DNA from: the human T2T-CHM13v2.0 reference genome, Homo sapiens
Reading direction: 5' to 3' (one strand)
Assembly (NCBI RefSeq): GCF_009914755.1
Contig: NC_060925.1
DNA length: 64,000 bases
A program made the translations under genes and the position numbers. Shown here piece by piece: positions 63,637-64,000 of this stretch; the first letter of the stretch is position 1, and each line of letters starts with the position of its first letter. The notes beneath the pieces were generated by a model. It was not told the origin of the DNA, did no database searches, and saw nothing but the letters and a program-made list of their open reading frames with translations.

Positions 63637-63796
63637 GAGTTGATCTAGAGCAGTCAAGAAAAGAAGAAGAGCAGCAGATGTTGCAGGATGCCCGCCAGTG
63701 GCTCAACAGTGGGAAAATAGAGGATGTGAGGCAGGCTCGCTCAGGGGCTACAGCCCTTCATGTGGCTGCTGCCAAGGGCTACTCTGAAGTCCTCAG
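63637..63796 (+). CDS. PPP1R12B: MYPT2 coding exon (exon 4)
   Basis: ttctgtAG acceptor and AG/gtattg donor; 160 nt; (G)VDLEQSRKEEEQQMLQDARQWLNSGKIEDVRQARSGATALHVAAAKGYSEVL(R); phase matches the previous exon (G+GA=Gly). Confidence 0.97.
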
Positions 63797-64000
63797 GTAT
63801 TGTCCATTTACATCAATCAGGAGTGGTTCACTGGGAGAAGATGGAATAGGTTTTGGAAGCAGAGGCTGAATTAGATTTTCCGCTATGACGTGTTTCCTTT
63901 TTTGTTGGTTTCCTCTCTGATTGTGCAGTCTTTTCTCACATTTTGCTGGTATTCATCCATGGATTGTCTCCCTCCCTCCTACCATTCCTCTAGCTTCTCA

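Noticed and set aside
63634-63639. NAGNAG tandem acceptor (TAGGAG) at exon 4
   Set aside because: GAG is a very poor acceptor, and the proximal TAG yields the expected protein.

Overview
Primate (most consistent with human) genomic DNA from inside the PPP1R12B (MYPT2) gene, transcribed on the + strand. Bases 1-54852 are the distal part of a very long intron (intron 1 in the usual gene model). They are followed by three intact ankyrin-repeat coding exons at 54853-54983, 60691-60809 and 63637-63796, which splice in frame. The intron is dense in transposable elements: about 56 Alu copies (about 39 antisense, 17 sense by my manual count), L1, L2 and MIR fragments, MST and MER4 solo LTRs, and MER30, MER5, MER58, Tigger3 and Charlie1 DNA-transposon relics. 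It also holds a processed cytochrome c pseudogene interrupted by two Alus and a U6 snRNA retrocopy that may be chimeric. Almost all ORFs in the supplied track are chance frames in repeats. I see no evidence for a new multi-gene system. The most unusual structure is a near-perfect 30-bp minisatellite (about 17.8 copies) made of alternating 10-bp inverted arms, apparently born by fold-back template switching inside an old L1. Several smaller duplications in the window share this hairpin-plus-duplication signature. Repeat subfamily calls are from recall of consensus sequences, and repeat boundaries are approximate.
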